Below are positions 28,007 to 37,620 of a DNA stretch of 64,000 nucleotides, one piece after another. Each line of letters starts with the position of its first letter. Within the stretch, counting starts at the first letter, position 1. The notes under the pieces are model-generated. The model saw only the letters and a program-made list of their open reading frames with translations. It did no database searches and was not told where the DNA came from. A program made the position numbers and the translations under genes. The DNA is taken from IMG/VR virus record IMGVR_UViG_3300046005_000547, positions 124,001 to 188,000 of that record. One strand, 5' to 3'.

Positions 28007-28040
28007 AAACCTTGACGCCATATTCTGATGTCAAGGTTTC
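28007..28040. terminator. Intrinsic terminator
   Basis: AAACCTTGACG..TGTCAAGGTTT. Confidence 0.75.
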
Positions 28041-28043
28041 TTA

Positions 28044-28208
28044 TCAATCTAAATCGGTGTCTTGTTTGACTTTAGATTCTTTGGTTTCATCTTCGGAGTC
28101 TTCTTCAGTTTTGGTTTCATCTTCCTTAGACGTTTCCTTCTTTGCTTCAGTTAATTTACCAGAAAATTCTTCCATTACAGATTGTTTGAATTTTTCAAAA
28201 TCACTCAT
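28044..28208 (-). CDS. Small acidic protein (54 aa), possible head core/internal protein
   Basis: Own translation MSDFEKFKQSVMEEFSGKLTEAKKETSKEDE; AAGGA RBS. Confidence 0.55.
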   Translation of the reverse strand: MSDFEKFKQSVMEEFSGKLTEAKKETSKEDETKTEEDSEDETKESKVKQDTDLD

Positions 28209-28777
28209 TATTGTTTCCTTTTTGGCCTTCCACCTTTATTCTTAGGTGGTTCTGGTTGTTGAATTTGTTCTTCTGAAGATTCTGTTGATGAATCTTCTTG
28301 TTTTTCTAAAAAACTTGGTTTGACAACTTCTGGTTCATAGAACTTCCATCCTTCTGGGATCCACGGCATTACATAAAATCCAGCTTCAACAGTTAATTCT
28401 AATGTGATGTTAGGATACAATCTGCGTAAGTTCTGGTCTTTAATACAGATTAAAACTTCAGATTCAGATGGATGAAGATCTTCAAGTAATTGAATAAACA
28501 ATTTCTCAAGATGAACTCGTTTCATGTCAGTTCGCAAGAACGTCTGAAACTTTCTCACTTCTTGATTGAAGTTAGACGCTGTTGTCCCAATTGGATTAGA
28601 TGATGGTTTATATGGTGGTATTCCCTCAGGTAGTAAAAATTTACACTTCGGAAAAAACCCCCATGCAAAAACCAATTTTAATGTTTCATCATCAAGATAT
28701 CCTTTTAATGCTTCCAATACATTAGGTGCATCATTGATTTCTTGTAAAATTTCTGGAATAAACTTCTTAGCTGCCAT
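28208..28777 (-). CDS. Conserved T4-like hypothetical (DUF6433-type)
   Basis: LPEGIPPYKP..EKLFIQLLEDLHPSESEVL..KD..YP. Confidence 0.75.
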   Translation of the reverse strand: MAAKKFIPEILQEINDAPNVLEALKGYLDDETLKLVFAWGFFPKCKFLLPEGIPPYKPSSNPIGTTASNFNQEVRKFQTFLRTDMKRVHLEKLFIQLLEDLHPSESEVLICIKDQNLRRLYPNITLELTVEAGFYVMPWIPEGWKFYEPEVVKPSFLEKQEDSSTESSEEQIQQPEPPKNKGGRPKRKQ

Positions 28778-29066
28778 TATATAATCTCTCTTTCAATGCG
28801 TACCCTTCAAGACTCCAAATTTTATTTACAGCAGATTTTCTGGCAATCTTTTCGCCAAGTTCTTTGTCGAAGTTTTCAATACTCGCGCAAGCACTTTCCC
28901 CTGTTACATTAAATCCATTCTTTAACGTAAGACAACAGACCGTTAAACATGTTCCTGGAAATACATAATAATCTTCTTTGACAATAACAGATTCAATATG
29001 CTCTGCGATAACGCGAGGAGCAGTTAATCCTTTCTCTTGGATCTCATTTTCAATTTCGCCTTTCAT
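28767..29066 (-). CDS. Phage gp49_66 family protein (Acb4-like nucleotide sponge candidate)
   Basis: APRV..LTVCCLTLKNGFNVTGESAC..NFDKELGEKIA..IWSLEGY. Confidence 0.8.
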   Translation of the reverse strand: MKGEIENEIQEKGLTAPRVIAEHIESVIVKEDYYVFPGTCLTVCCLTLKNGFNVTGESACASIENFDKELGEKIARKSAVNKIWSLEGYALKERLYNGS

Positions 29067-29088
29067 TCAATTTTCCTATGATAAAATT

Positions 29089-29430
29089 TTATTTAATGGA
29101 TAAAACAACGTTGATGAACAATCTATCCTTGATTTGTTGATATTCTGATAATTCATCAAATGGAATCAGACAAGGATGAGTTTTCAACACTTCGTCTTTA
29201 ATGGATCCATATTTCCATCCATTGTTTAGTTTATCATTCATCCATTGAATATGCATCATTTCATCTGTAATGTTATCATGATTATCTAATACAAATTTCA
29301 CATTTTCGATAGCCGATTGTTTCTGCCAATCAGGACATTCATCCCAATGTAAATTAGTTAATTCAGTGGATACATCACAGAATGATTTGATAGTTTCATG
29401 AGCAACTTGAGCTATCTGTTCAACATTCAT
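29089..29430 (-). CDS. Stand-alone RyR-domain protein
   Basis: HIQWM..GWKYG..KTHPCLIPFDEL..KD. Confidence 0.85.
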   Translation of the reverse strand: MNVEQIAQVAHETIKSFCDVSTELTNLHWDECPDWQKQSAIENVKFVLDNHDNITDEMMHIQWMNDKLNNGWKYGSIKDEVLKTHPCLIPFDELSEYQQIKDRLFINVVLSIK

Positions 29431-29753
29431 TCGGCAACAAGAGCATTGATTGTTTTATCTTTACGTAAATACGCGGCAGCTAATCTATGCCAACCATCAA
29501 TCACAGTCAAATCATCATCACCATAATCTTGTAATAAAATTGGAGGTGATGTTTTAGGATCCATATTAGAATACATATCAACTTTAATCTTATCTTGTTG
29601 ATTCATATTGTAATTATTTTTAATCCATCCTTCAATTTTTGTTTTTAACTTAATTAATTCGATACGTTGTTCCTTTGCGTTAGGGTGTTTCGATTTAAAT
29701 CGACTTAACATATCAGATTGAACGCTTTCTCTAAATTCTTTAAATGTTTTCAT
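29427..29753 (-). CDS. ParB/Srx-like domain protein with capsid-targeting-like N-terminus
   Basis: MKTFKEFRE; PPILL..VIDGWHRLAA. Confidence 0.7.
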   Translation of the reverse strand: MKTFKEFRESVQSDMLSRFKSKHPNAKEQRIELIKLKTKIEGWIKNNYNMNQQDKIKVDMYSNMDPKTSPPILLQDYGDDDLTVIDGWHRLAAAYLRKDKTINALVAE

Positions 29754-29853
29754 TTTTCTTTAGTTCCTTCGATTTGTTTATGATTGTCTGCGATATAATG
29801 AAATGCATACGACAATCCTAATCCAGCAACAACTGTAAAAAGTAATAATGGCA

Positions 29854-30750
29854 TTATTTCCAATCCTGTAATGTTTCTAATAACAAACGACATTTGTTCT
29901 TCATGAAGTATTCCATAATGAGGTTCAAATCCTTAACAGGTTTGGCATTATGATATTCTTTTAAGATTTCATCTTTCACTCTCTGAGGAACAAAATCGAA
30001 ATCGACTAACATTTGATTACGTTGATAATTCCGCCGCTCTGTATCATTTTTACACGCATCAATCCCTTTCTCAAAGAATTCATCTAATCGTTTTTGGGAT
30101 ACAGGAGTCTGTCTAATTTTATCTACAAAAACATTATCACCACTGAACATATTGGGTACGCCGTCGTTCGCGTCACCTTTGACGATATGAGTCATTCGTT
30201 TTTCATGAATTTCTTTTTTGTTGAATTTAACGAGTTTCTTTTTAAATGGTGAAAACTGTTCAACATTACTATACTTTTGTAATTGTCCGAAATCTCCATC
30301 CGAAGAAATAATAATCATTGGTCTTGGTTCAGACACTAGAATTTCTTCAATCAAATCGTTGTCTTGACTGTACTCAATTAATGATGCGATTGCGTCATCC
30401 GCCTCAGCTTCATTAACAAAGATTACCTTGAAAGGAAAGAATGCTTTGAGTTCATCTCTAATCTGATTAAGACAATCATATACAATTTGCCAATCAACCA
30501 TTTCATCTTTGGTCTTCTTTCTGTTGGATTTGTAATTAGGAAATTCCTGTTTGCGCCAGTAATTTCTTCCATCCAAACAGATTACCATTTCGCCATATTT
30601 TTGTTCATACTTCTTTTTGTATACAAGCAATTGAGATAAAATTGTATGTCTACATAGATCCAAGATACGTTCTTTATCATTTGTTCTAAGATCTGCTTGG
30701 AATGCAGTGACGTGCGGCATTGTAACGCCATTAAAATCAATTAAAATCAT
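29854..30750 (-). CDS. rnh: T4-type RNase H (5'-3' exonuclease)
   Basis: ILIDFN..YWRK..YKSNR..EADD..SSDGDFGQL..GDANDGVPN. Confidence 0.93.
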   Translation of the reverse strand: MILIDFNGVTMPHVTAFQADLRTNDKERILDLCRHTILSQLLVYKKKYEQKYGEMVICLDGRNYWRKQEFPNYKSNRKKTKDEMVDWQIVYDCLNQIRDELKAFFPFKVIFVNEAEADDAIASLIEYSQDNDLIEEILVSEPRPMIIISSDGDFGQLQKYSNVEQFSPFKKKLVKFNKKEIHEKRMTHIVKGDANDGVPNMFSGDNVFVDKIRQTPVSQKRLDEFFEKGIDACKNDTERRNYQRNQMLVDFDFVPQRVKDEILKEYHNAKPVKDLNLIMEYFMKNKCRLLLETLQDWK

Positions 30751-32853
30751 TTAAACTCCGTATCGTGTAATTAAACCATGTAACAATGTTTGAACATCGT
30801 CAATGGAATTTGCGTCTTTTGTATATTCAACCAAGAACGATTTGTCTTTACCAATTCGAACTACCAATGGATTGACCGTGTATCCATGTTCATCTTTATA
30901 TTCAATGAAAATTGATGCACATATATCATAATTTGGATTTATATTTGTTTTAATCTCATACCCAGATTCTTTTAATGATTCTTGGATCTTTGAGATATGA
31001 ATATCAAACCATTCATCTAGTTTTTGTTTGGGAAATTCTTGTTTTATTGAATTGACGATATCCGTTACATTATCAGTTTTAAATGATACTCGTCTTTCAT
31101 CTTCTGGGAATACAATTTCATATGCATCTTCCGTTACATTAATTTCGACTTCCAACGTTTCGTGATACATATCGTAAAATGAATTACATGTAATACACAC
31201 TTGATGTTGAATTGTATAATCATCGTTTATGATAGTGTCTACATTCCAGATATTGAATTTCTGAATTTCGGGATGTTTACATAATTCTTTTAATTTATTC
31301 ATTATAAATCTTCATTTTCAAAATATGAATAATAAATGGTATCAACATCATGATTATGCATAATGTTTAGGAACTTCTTATTATTGATAATGTATTTCAT
31401 GCCAACAGAATCAATTTCCTTTCTGCTTACATATTCAACATGATATAATCCATCAACAGGCACTAACTTTACCCATTGTTCTTCTACTTTCATTGTAATT
31501 GTCCTATAATAAAATTCATCTGTCTAGTGGTAAGGAATTTACCACCTAACAATTCAACTGGTTTACCATCTCCAAAATCATAATCGCAATCCAATAACGA
31601 AACCAATTCTCCATTTTCAATTTTAGCTGAAACATAATATATTTCAGTAGTTCGTCTTGGGTCTATCACTTCATGCCACCCATCTGGTCTCATCTTATTT
31701 CCCAATTCTCATTATATATCACAAGAAGTTCTTCTCTTGTAAATTCAGTTGTAATCAATTCGTCTTTGTTTGAATTTAAACAGGATCTACCAACTCTAAT
31801 CAATTTATTGTTTGGATTATCCAATAAGATAAACGAATTGATAACATCAATGGATTGAGTTGATACAATCCAGTCTTTATCGTCAGTGAATCTATCAAAT
31901 GAGATATCCTTGTAATACATATCATGTCCGAAATTCTTAAAATGAATCTTTTCGTGATGATTCAAATCAATCCATTCATCAATTAGTTCTGGTCTTCCTA
32001 TGTATAATGTAATCATTTATTGTTTCCCTTTTGAGATTCAAGTTCAACAAATTCATCAATAAATGAAAGTTCTCTGTAATCTTTACACCCAGAGAACTTA
32101 AAGTAGGTGAATGTTTCATTACATCCTTCCAATTCTTGTCTAATCTTATTTTGTAGGTATACGATTGCATCGTTAGCAAATCTTGATTTAATGCATTCAA
32201 CGTCAACACGTTCCCAATTTCTTTCAGATTTACTTTTATCGAAGACTGTAACTAAAGTGACGATATAATAATTCATAATATATTCACCTCTTCAATATAC
32301 ATATCAATCATCACCAACCCCATCATACCAATATATAATAGACCCAAATCCATGAATGTACCAACTAAAAATGAATACCATATAAACAATAAATATAGAT
32401 AATAATTTAATTCATCATAATCATATTTCGCAGTTTTACTCATTATCCTTTCATCCTGTTAATTGAATCAATACATTTAGTATGAAGATCCCATAATAAC
32501 TTCTGTCTTTGGATGTTCCACACAGTTTGGTCTGTTTTCAACATATCAACTTGTTTCATCATATTAAATTGTCGTTTGGTTGATTGTCTTGTCCATTTTA
32601 ATTGAGATTCAATCTTGTATATCTTAGCTCGATTTATCTCTTTATCAAAATGACAATCATCCATCAAATACATTTTATTGCGTTTCTGAATCAGACAATT
32701 CAGCTTGTTGTTTAGGTTGATGATTCGTTTTGTATTGTTTCTAACGTAATTAGTTCTTGTGAATACTTCTTCATAATTTGTATCATACAATTCATGTATA
32801 TCGAGATACAAATTTAAAATTTTAATATCTAATAAGTCTTTAGACCATTTCAT
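30751..32853 (-). CDS. Run of hypothetical genes (30751-31302, 31302-31493, 31490-31705, 31690-32016, 32013-32276, 32443-32853)
   Basis: Abutting/overlapping minus-strand ORFs; no recognisable motifs. Confidence 0.6.
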
Positions 32854-32861
32854 AACAACCT

Positions 32862-33779
32862 CTAAAATCTAGTTAAATGACATTCTTTAACGAAATCATC
32901 CCAAAACGTTCTGTCAACAGTTTCTGGATAATCAGATTTGTTTGCCAGCATAGTGACTTCTTCCACCAGAGCAGATAACATTGGTTCAACTTCATTGAAA
33001 TCTATTTTACCTTGTTTGACATCTAAAAGAAACTTCGATTCTACCAATGGATATTCAAATCCTCCCTTGGTATAGATATCTCTAGCCTGGTAGCCGGCTC
33101 TTAGGGAATGTCCGATGGCCTTCCAGTCCACGTTCATATTCAATTTAGCTAATTTAGAACGTTCTCCATACGTATCATAATGTTTCCGTAAAGAATCTTT
33201 AAGATGGAACAATTTCAGATTGTCCTGATACTTACTACCACAAATCTCCAAGTATCGATTATCCTTATAATCAACCCATTTTACGACATCAGATTCATCT
33301 AATACAATTTCAGATACAGTTTGATTGTCCGACATTTTTAAGATGATATTCAACACTCGTTCAATCTCACCTAATCGACTACCTTTGGAACCATATTTGG
33401 CTGCTTGTTTTCTTACGTAACCAATATAAGATTTCATTGATTTGGTATAGAATCGATGTCTGTTTGATACAAGGAATTCCCATATCTCTGAAGTATGAAT
33501 CCATTTATCGGAACTACCAGCTAAAAGATCTAGACAGACCGTTTCTCCAGAACAAGCCATGTTAATGAAATACTGTAAAGAGTAATATGTTCTATCAACA
33601 TCTTCTTTTGAATTCTTGATGGCAGATGTATTGGTTGATTTATCGATATGGTAAGATGTTTTACCTAGTAAGATTTCATCTCTGGTTGGTAATACAATTC
33701 CCTTATAATCATAATCTGATTCAGGAGTTTCCAAACCATATAGTCTTGAACCAAATAAAGATTCACATAAAATAACCAT
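32862..33779 (-). CDS. Pol-beta superfamily nucleotidyltransferase (T4 NrdC.11 / RlaP-like)
   Basis: FGSRLYGLETPESDYDYKG; GYVRKQAAKY; DWKAIGH; start taken at ATG 33779 (ORF open to 33848). Confidence 0.85.
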   Translation of the reverse strand: MVILCESLFGSRLYGLETPESDYDYKGIVLPTRDEILLGKTSYHIDKSTNTSAIKNSKEDVDRTYYSLQYFINMACSGETVCLDLLAGSSDKWIHTSEIWEFLVSNRHRFYTKSMKSYIGYVRKQAAKYGSKGSRLGEIERVLNIILKMSDNQTVSEIVLDESDVVKWVDYKDNRYLEICGSKYQDNLKLFHLKDSLRKHYDTYGERSKLAKLNMNVDWKAIGHSLRAGYQARDIYTKGGFEYPLVESKFLLDVKQGKIDFNEVEPMLSALVEEVTMLANKSDYPETVDRTFWDDFVKECHLTRF

Positions 33780-33881
33780 GTAATTGCTCTCTAATGTTGT
33801 TTTAATATGTTTGCTGTGTAGTTGATTGTCATTTATATAAACAATCAACTACGTCCATTTTAGATGGACTATACAATGAAT

Positions 33882-34076
33882 TTAAACCTTATACCACACT
33901 GGTCTTTCATATCTACCAGTGTCGGATCTATAGATGGAGATTAGATGACCATCTTCTGATATCATTCGAACAGTCTGCCCATAAGAAATGTTAAGACCAA
34001 GTTTCCATTTATCAACTAGATTTTCAGACTCTAATGCTGCATTTAATGTTTCGAAATAAGATTGTTTAATTGACAT
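33882..34076 (-). CDS. Hypothetical protein
   Basis: GGAG RBS, promoter-like TATAAT at ~34111. Confidence 0.65.
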   Translation of the reverse strand: MSIKQSYFETLNAALESENLVDKWKLGLNISYGQTVRMISEDGHLISIYRSDTGRYERPVWYKV

Positions 34077-34209
34077 TTAATACTCTCCATGTGATATATA
34101 AGATGATTCTATTATAATGTATTCTGGTCTAATCTAAAGAATTATTTTAGATGAAGTATTAATGTATATAGATGACAACCTAAGAATGACTATGTATAAT
34201 TGAATCCAA

Positions 34210-34247
34210 TAAAAATCCCACTCAGATTAAATTTCTGGTGGGATTTG
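34210..34247. terminator. Terminator of the type found in the repeat units
   Basis: AAAATCCCACTCAGA..TCTGGTGGGATTT, as at 16954, 37881, 38693. Confidence 0.8.
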
Positions 34248-34341
34248 GATTATTCTATCTTCTTAACATGTTTAAACTAAATAAAATGACAACCGCGAAG
34301 CGCGAACTTCCGTTGTCTCTAATCACATCTAAAGGAATTTT

Positions 34342-35463
34342 ATGACCAGCAATAATATCTATATCGATAAAATAATCGAATTATGTTCAGATAATGAACA
34401 AACAGCAGAGTATATCTCCATCGTATCCAATGCTCGAATTCGATCATCTAATAAAAAAGAAGCAAAGGTGATTTTGGGATACACCGAAGAACACCATATA
34501 TTACCCAAATCGTTTAAGATGGGTGGAGAAACAGATAAATTAAATTACGCTTATCTATCTGCAAGAGAACATTATCGCGTCCATCAATTGTTAATAGAAA
34601 TGGGATTGAAACGTAATTTACACGAGAAGATGATTCATGCGTTTTGGTTGTTAAGTGTGTTGGACAAACACAAGTCCATATCCGAAGAAGAATATCAAGA
34701 GTTGAAGATTTTAAGAAGCAAATATCATAATTGGAAAGATCCCGAATGTATTCAAAAATGTAGAGATACGTATTTCGAGAAAACTGGATTCACCCATAAT
34801 ATGAAAGATCCAGAATGTAAAGAAAAAAGTAGAGATACACATTTTGAGAAAACTGGATATACTCATTATATGAAAGATCCCGAATGTATCCAAAAGTGTA
34901 AAGATACTCTTTTTGAAAGAACTGGATACACACATCATATGAAAGATCCAGAATGTATCCAAAAGGGTAAAGATACCAATTTTGAGAAAACTGGATACGA
35001 CAATCCTATGAAAAATCCAGAATGTAAAGAAAAGAATAAACGAGCCTTGGAAATAAAATATGCTAGACCATTAGTCTTACAGATTCTACAAGACGTAGAA
35101 AAATATAATATTATTAATCCAAGAAAAATTATGGGAATCAATGACCCTAATTGGAGACACGTCGATGATGAAAAACTGGAAGAAGGATCTATCAAGTTCT
35201 ATAAACATTTAGATGAACGTAAAATCAAGATAAAGGAATACGAATGTAGGATAAACGAGATTAGTTCCACATTTAAATCAATAGATGATAAACGATCCTT
35301 GATTTCATATATCAAAGAAATCAAGGATTTTTATAATATAACAAATTATACTGGTATAATGGAAGTGGATAGAAAGTGGAAAAGGGGTTTAAATGTGCTA
35401 GAATTACAAATTGCATTAGAAAAATTATTGAAACATACCGTTGATAAATTCTATATGAATTAG
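34342..35463 (+). CDS. Free-standing HNH-type homing endonuclease with 23-aa repeats
   Basis: YTEEHHILPKS..GG..N..LSAREHYRVHQLL; ACTAAATA late promoter and hairpin leader. Confidence 0.85.
   Translation: MTSNNIYIDKIIELCSDNEQTAEYISIVSNARIRSSNKKEAKVILGYTEEHHILPKSFKMGGETDKLNYAYLSAREHYRVHQLLIEMGLKRNLHEKMIHAFWLLSVLDKHKSISEEEYQELKILRSKYHNWKDPECIQKCRDTYFEKTGFTHNMKDPECKEKSRDTHFEKTGYTHYMKDPECIQKCKDTLFERTGYTHHMKDPECIQKGKDTNFEKTGYDNPMKNPECKEKNKRALEIKYARPLVLQILQDVEKYNIINPRKIMGINDPNWRHVDDEKLEEGSIKFYKHLDERKIKIKEYECRINEISSTFKSIDDKRSLISYIKEIKDFYNITNYTGIMEVDRKWKRGLNVLELQIALEKLLKHTVDKFYMN
34735..35035 (+). repeat. 69-bp coding repeat, ~4.4 copies (KDPECxxKxxDTxFEKTGYTHxM)
   Basis: Unit starts at 34735, 34804, 34873, 34942, 35011. 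Confidence 0.92.
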
Positions 35464-35895
35464 ATTCACGTATATGGATTCCTTCCAGGTGAATTACATG
35501 AAAAGATTGAACCCTATTATCAACCAATCAAAGACATATTATACGCTCGATTAGGTAAGAGTCAAACAGAGTATTATATTAAGAGGAACATTATTGAATT
35601 CAGACCATTAGAATTCATGAGGGGGTCGACGTTTGATGATTGTATTATAGTTGCGGATGAATTTCAGAATACAACCAAAGAACAATGTTATATGTTCCTT
35701 TCGAGAATTGGTAATAACAGTAAGGTTATTATCACGGGAGATACCAAACAAACTGATTTAAAAGGTCAATCCGGTTTGGCTGATGCTGTATATAGATTAC
35801 GAGGAGTGAGGAGAATTGGTGTCACTGAATTTACAATTGATGATTGCGTTAGATCTGGTATCTGTAAAGATATATTGATTGCATATTCTGATTAA
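35464..35895 (+). pseudogene. phoH: PhoH C-terminal part lacking N-terminus/Walker A
   Basis: Frame open from 35464: GFLPGELHEKIEPY..PLEFMRGSTF..DEFQN..LSRIG..GDTKQTDL. Confidence 0.85.
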
Positions 35896-35897
35896 AA

Positions 35898-35932
35898 CAA
35901 AACCGATACAGAACTTAATCTGTATCGGTTTT
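35898..35932. terminator. Bidirectional intrinsic terminator
   Basis: AAAACCGATACAGA..TCTGTATCGGTTTT. Confidence 0.85.
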
Positions 35933-35939
35933 CGATTGT

Positions 35940-36332
35940 TCAATGGTTGTAATCTAATGTTCTCAACACTTTATCAATATCCAATTCAGGATGATACGAG
36001 ATTGTTTTGATGTTGAAATATGCATCTTCAAATTTGTTTTGTTGTCTTGATTTGTATTCAGAGAATTTTATTCCATAATCATCTGTAACTTTATCTTTAT
36101 AAAATCTACTCAAGAAATCAACAAATCTGGATCTGTATAGAATTGTTTTGATTGCATTTCTATCTTCTAACAACCAAATAACAGGATTATATAAACCAGT
36201 TAATATGTTATCAACATCGCCAAAAGAATCGTAATTTCTACAATTACAGTTTACGACGATTTTACCAGAATCATATTTGTTTAATAATTCCAACAATGAA
36301 ATGTTATCATTGTATATAGTCAAATTTTCCAT
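35940..36332 (-). CDS. Hypothetical protein
   Basis: GAGGA RBS; promoter 36367-36394. Confidence 0.65.
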   Translation of the reverse strand: MENLTIYNDNISLLELLNKYDSGKIVVNCNCRNYDSFGDVDNILTGLYNPVIWLLEDRNAIKTILYRSRFVDFLSRFYKDKVTDDYGIKFSEYKSRQQNKFEDAYFNIKTISYHPELDIDKVLRTLDYNH

Positions 36333-36366
36333 TATATCCTCTCACATTAAAAATTCATTGAAATCT

Positions 36367-36394
36367 ATTATAATGAATTTGGTTAACATCGAAA
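36367..36394 (-). promoter_or_regulatory. Early/middle promoter TTTCGA-N16-TATAAT
   Basis: Matches recurrent motif. Confidence 0.72.
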
Positions 36395-36402
36395 GAATTA
36401 TT

Positions 36403-36888
36403 TTATTTCTTCTTGAAGATAATGTAATCACCGTTTGTATGTGTTTCTACGAATCCTAATTTGCATGCTAATGTTATAGACGAACCGTTACATTTCCTGG
36501 ATGTCCAAACCTTAATGACATCAGGATATGATGAGAAGAATTGTTGACAAGCAAGATATCCTATATTTTTGTTCCTGTAATTTTCATCAACAAAAATGGC
36601 ACCAACTTTTATACATGGGATAGATTCTTTATAGAATAATTGGTCTATTCCATTTGGATTTGTATATCTTGGGAAACTCATACCAACTAATTTATCATCC
36701 ATGTAAATCAACATTATATCCAGTAGATTATCGGTGACGGATATATGATGTAAAATTTGTTTAAGATGTTTCTTGATTCTCCGAGTAGACTTAGATTTTG
36801 AACATCCAACATATCTGGCTTGTCTCATCTTGGTGTATATGTAAAGTAATTCATCTGAGTAGATGTTTGTGAATTGTATTTGTACCAT
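36403..36888 (-). CDS. GNAT-family acetyltransferase-like protein
   Basis: IFVDENYRNKNIG (motif A), N..S..LACKLGF (motif B). Confidence 0.75.
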   Translation of the reverse strand: MVQIQFTNIYSDELLYIYTKMRQARYVGCSKSKSTRRIKKHLKQILHHISVTDNLLDIMLIYMDDKLVGMSFPRYTNPNGIDQLFYKESIPCIKVGAIFVDENYRNKNIGYLACQQFFSSYPDVIKVWTSRKCNGSSITLACKLGFVETHTNGDYIIFKKK

Positions 36889-36950
36889 TCCTTTGTAATC
36901 TCATGAAATTTATATTGTATATGTATTATTTACAATCATCGAGAAAACTC

Positions 36951-36979
36951 TTGACTTTTTAATTAAAATAGTTTATACT
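36951..36979 (+). promoter_or_regulatory. sigma70-type promoter TTGACT-N17-TATACT
   Basis: Near-consensus, pointing into a long region with no credible plus-strand ORF. Confidence 0.8.
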
Positions 36980-36985
36980 AGATAA

Positions 36986-37620
36986 GAACCAAAACTTTTA
37001 ACTAAATAAGATTGAACAATTAAAAACTTTGAAACGCACGAAACTCCATATAAAACGAACAAAAATATAAATAAATTTAAAAAATATAAAATTGAATACG
37101 TAGAAACATCATAAAGTAAAAATCTAGTTCCAAAGCTGAATAGAAGTCCAACGAAAGAGGTCCGTCGAATAGTTGGCACACATTGAAAGGTTCCTCCCAA
37201 ATAATTGTAAACAATTAGATAACTATTGACTTATAGGTAAGTATAGCGATGTCTACGGGGTATGCAAACGTCAAATTGTGTGATAAAAGTCTTTATTTTT
37301 AAAGACAGGATGTGGGTGACTATAAGTTTGACCACACCATTGTTGAAGTCGCTAGAATTGGCTCAACAATGCCCCGTTTGAATCGCGAGATTGTAGACAG
37401 TCGTAAAAGGAAACCGGCAAACCCTCCTTACTTTTTCAGAAGTTGACTAATTCTAGAGTGCCTTTCGGAAGAAGCACACTTTACTCTGGTAGGGTAAGAA
37501 GTGCCTTTCGGGTTGCACTCGATGCAACATCTATATACAAAAAGCGACAGATAATCTGCGTAAGCGCAGCGTCGTAGATTATTAAACGAGCGAAGCGAGT
37601 TTATGGCTTTTGCTTTTTAC
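36986..37620 (+). ncRNA. Candidate large structured non-coding RNA (family unassigned)
   Basis: Promoter, locally raised GC, many nested stems, several loop-to-distal complementarities, U-rich end. Confidence 0.7.

Noticed and set aside
27989-28021. Longer UvsW start at 28021 (MASRFF)
   Set aside because: Lies within the terminator loop; RBS supports ATG 27988
9079-35463. Genome-wide stop codon reassignment
   Set aside because: The three in-frame breaks use three different stops (TAA, TGA, TAG), and conserved genes end normally at each type
34342-35463. HNH as a group I intron ORF within phoH
   Set aside because: No room for intron core between the TAG and resumed PhoH sequence, and no upstream exon
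35940-36332. DUF262/GmrS-like call
   Set aside because: Only faint resemblance; QR and DGQQR motifs absent
36986-37620. tmRNA, RNase P, group I/II intron or retron msr-msd
   Set aside because: No tRNA-like ends, no GAGGAAAGUCC, no domain V, no interrupted gene, no reverse transcriptase in window
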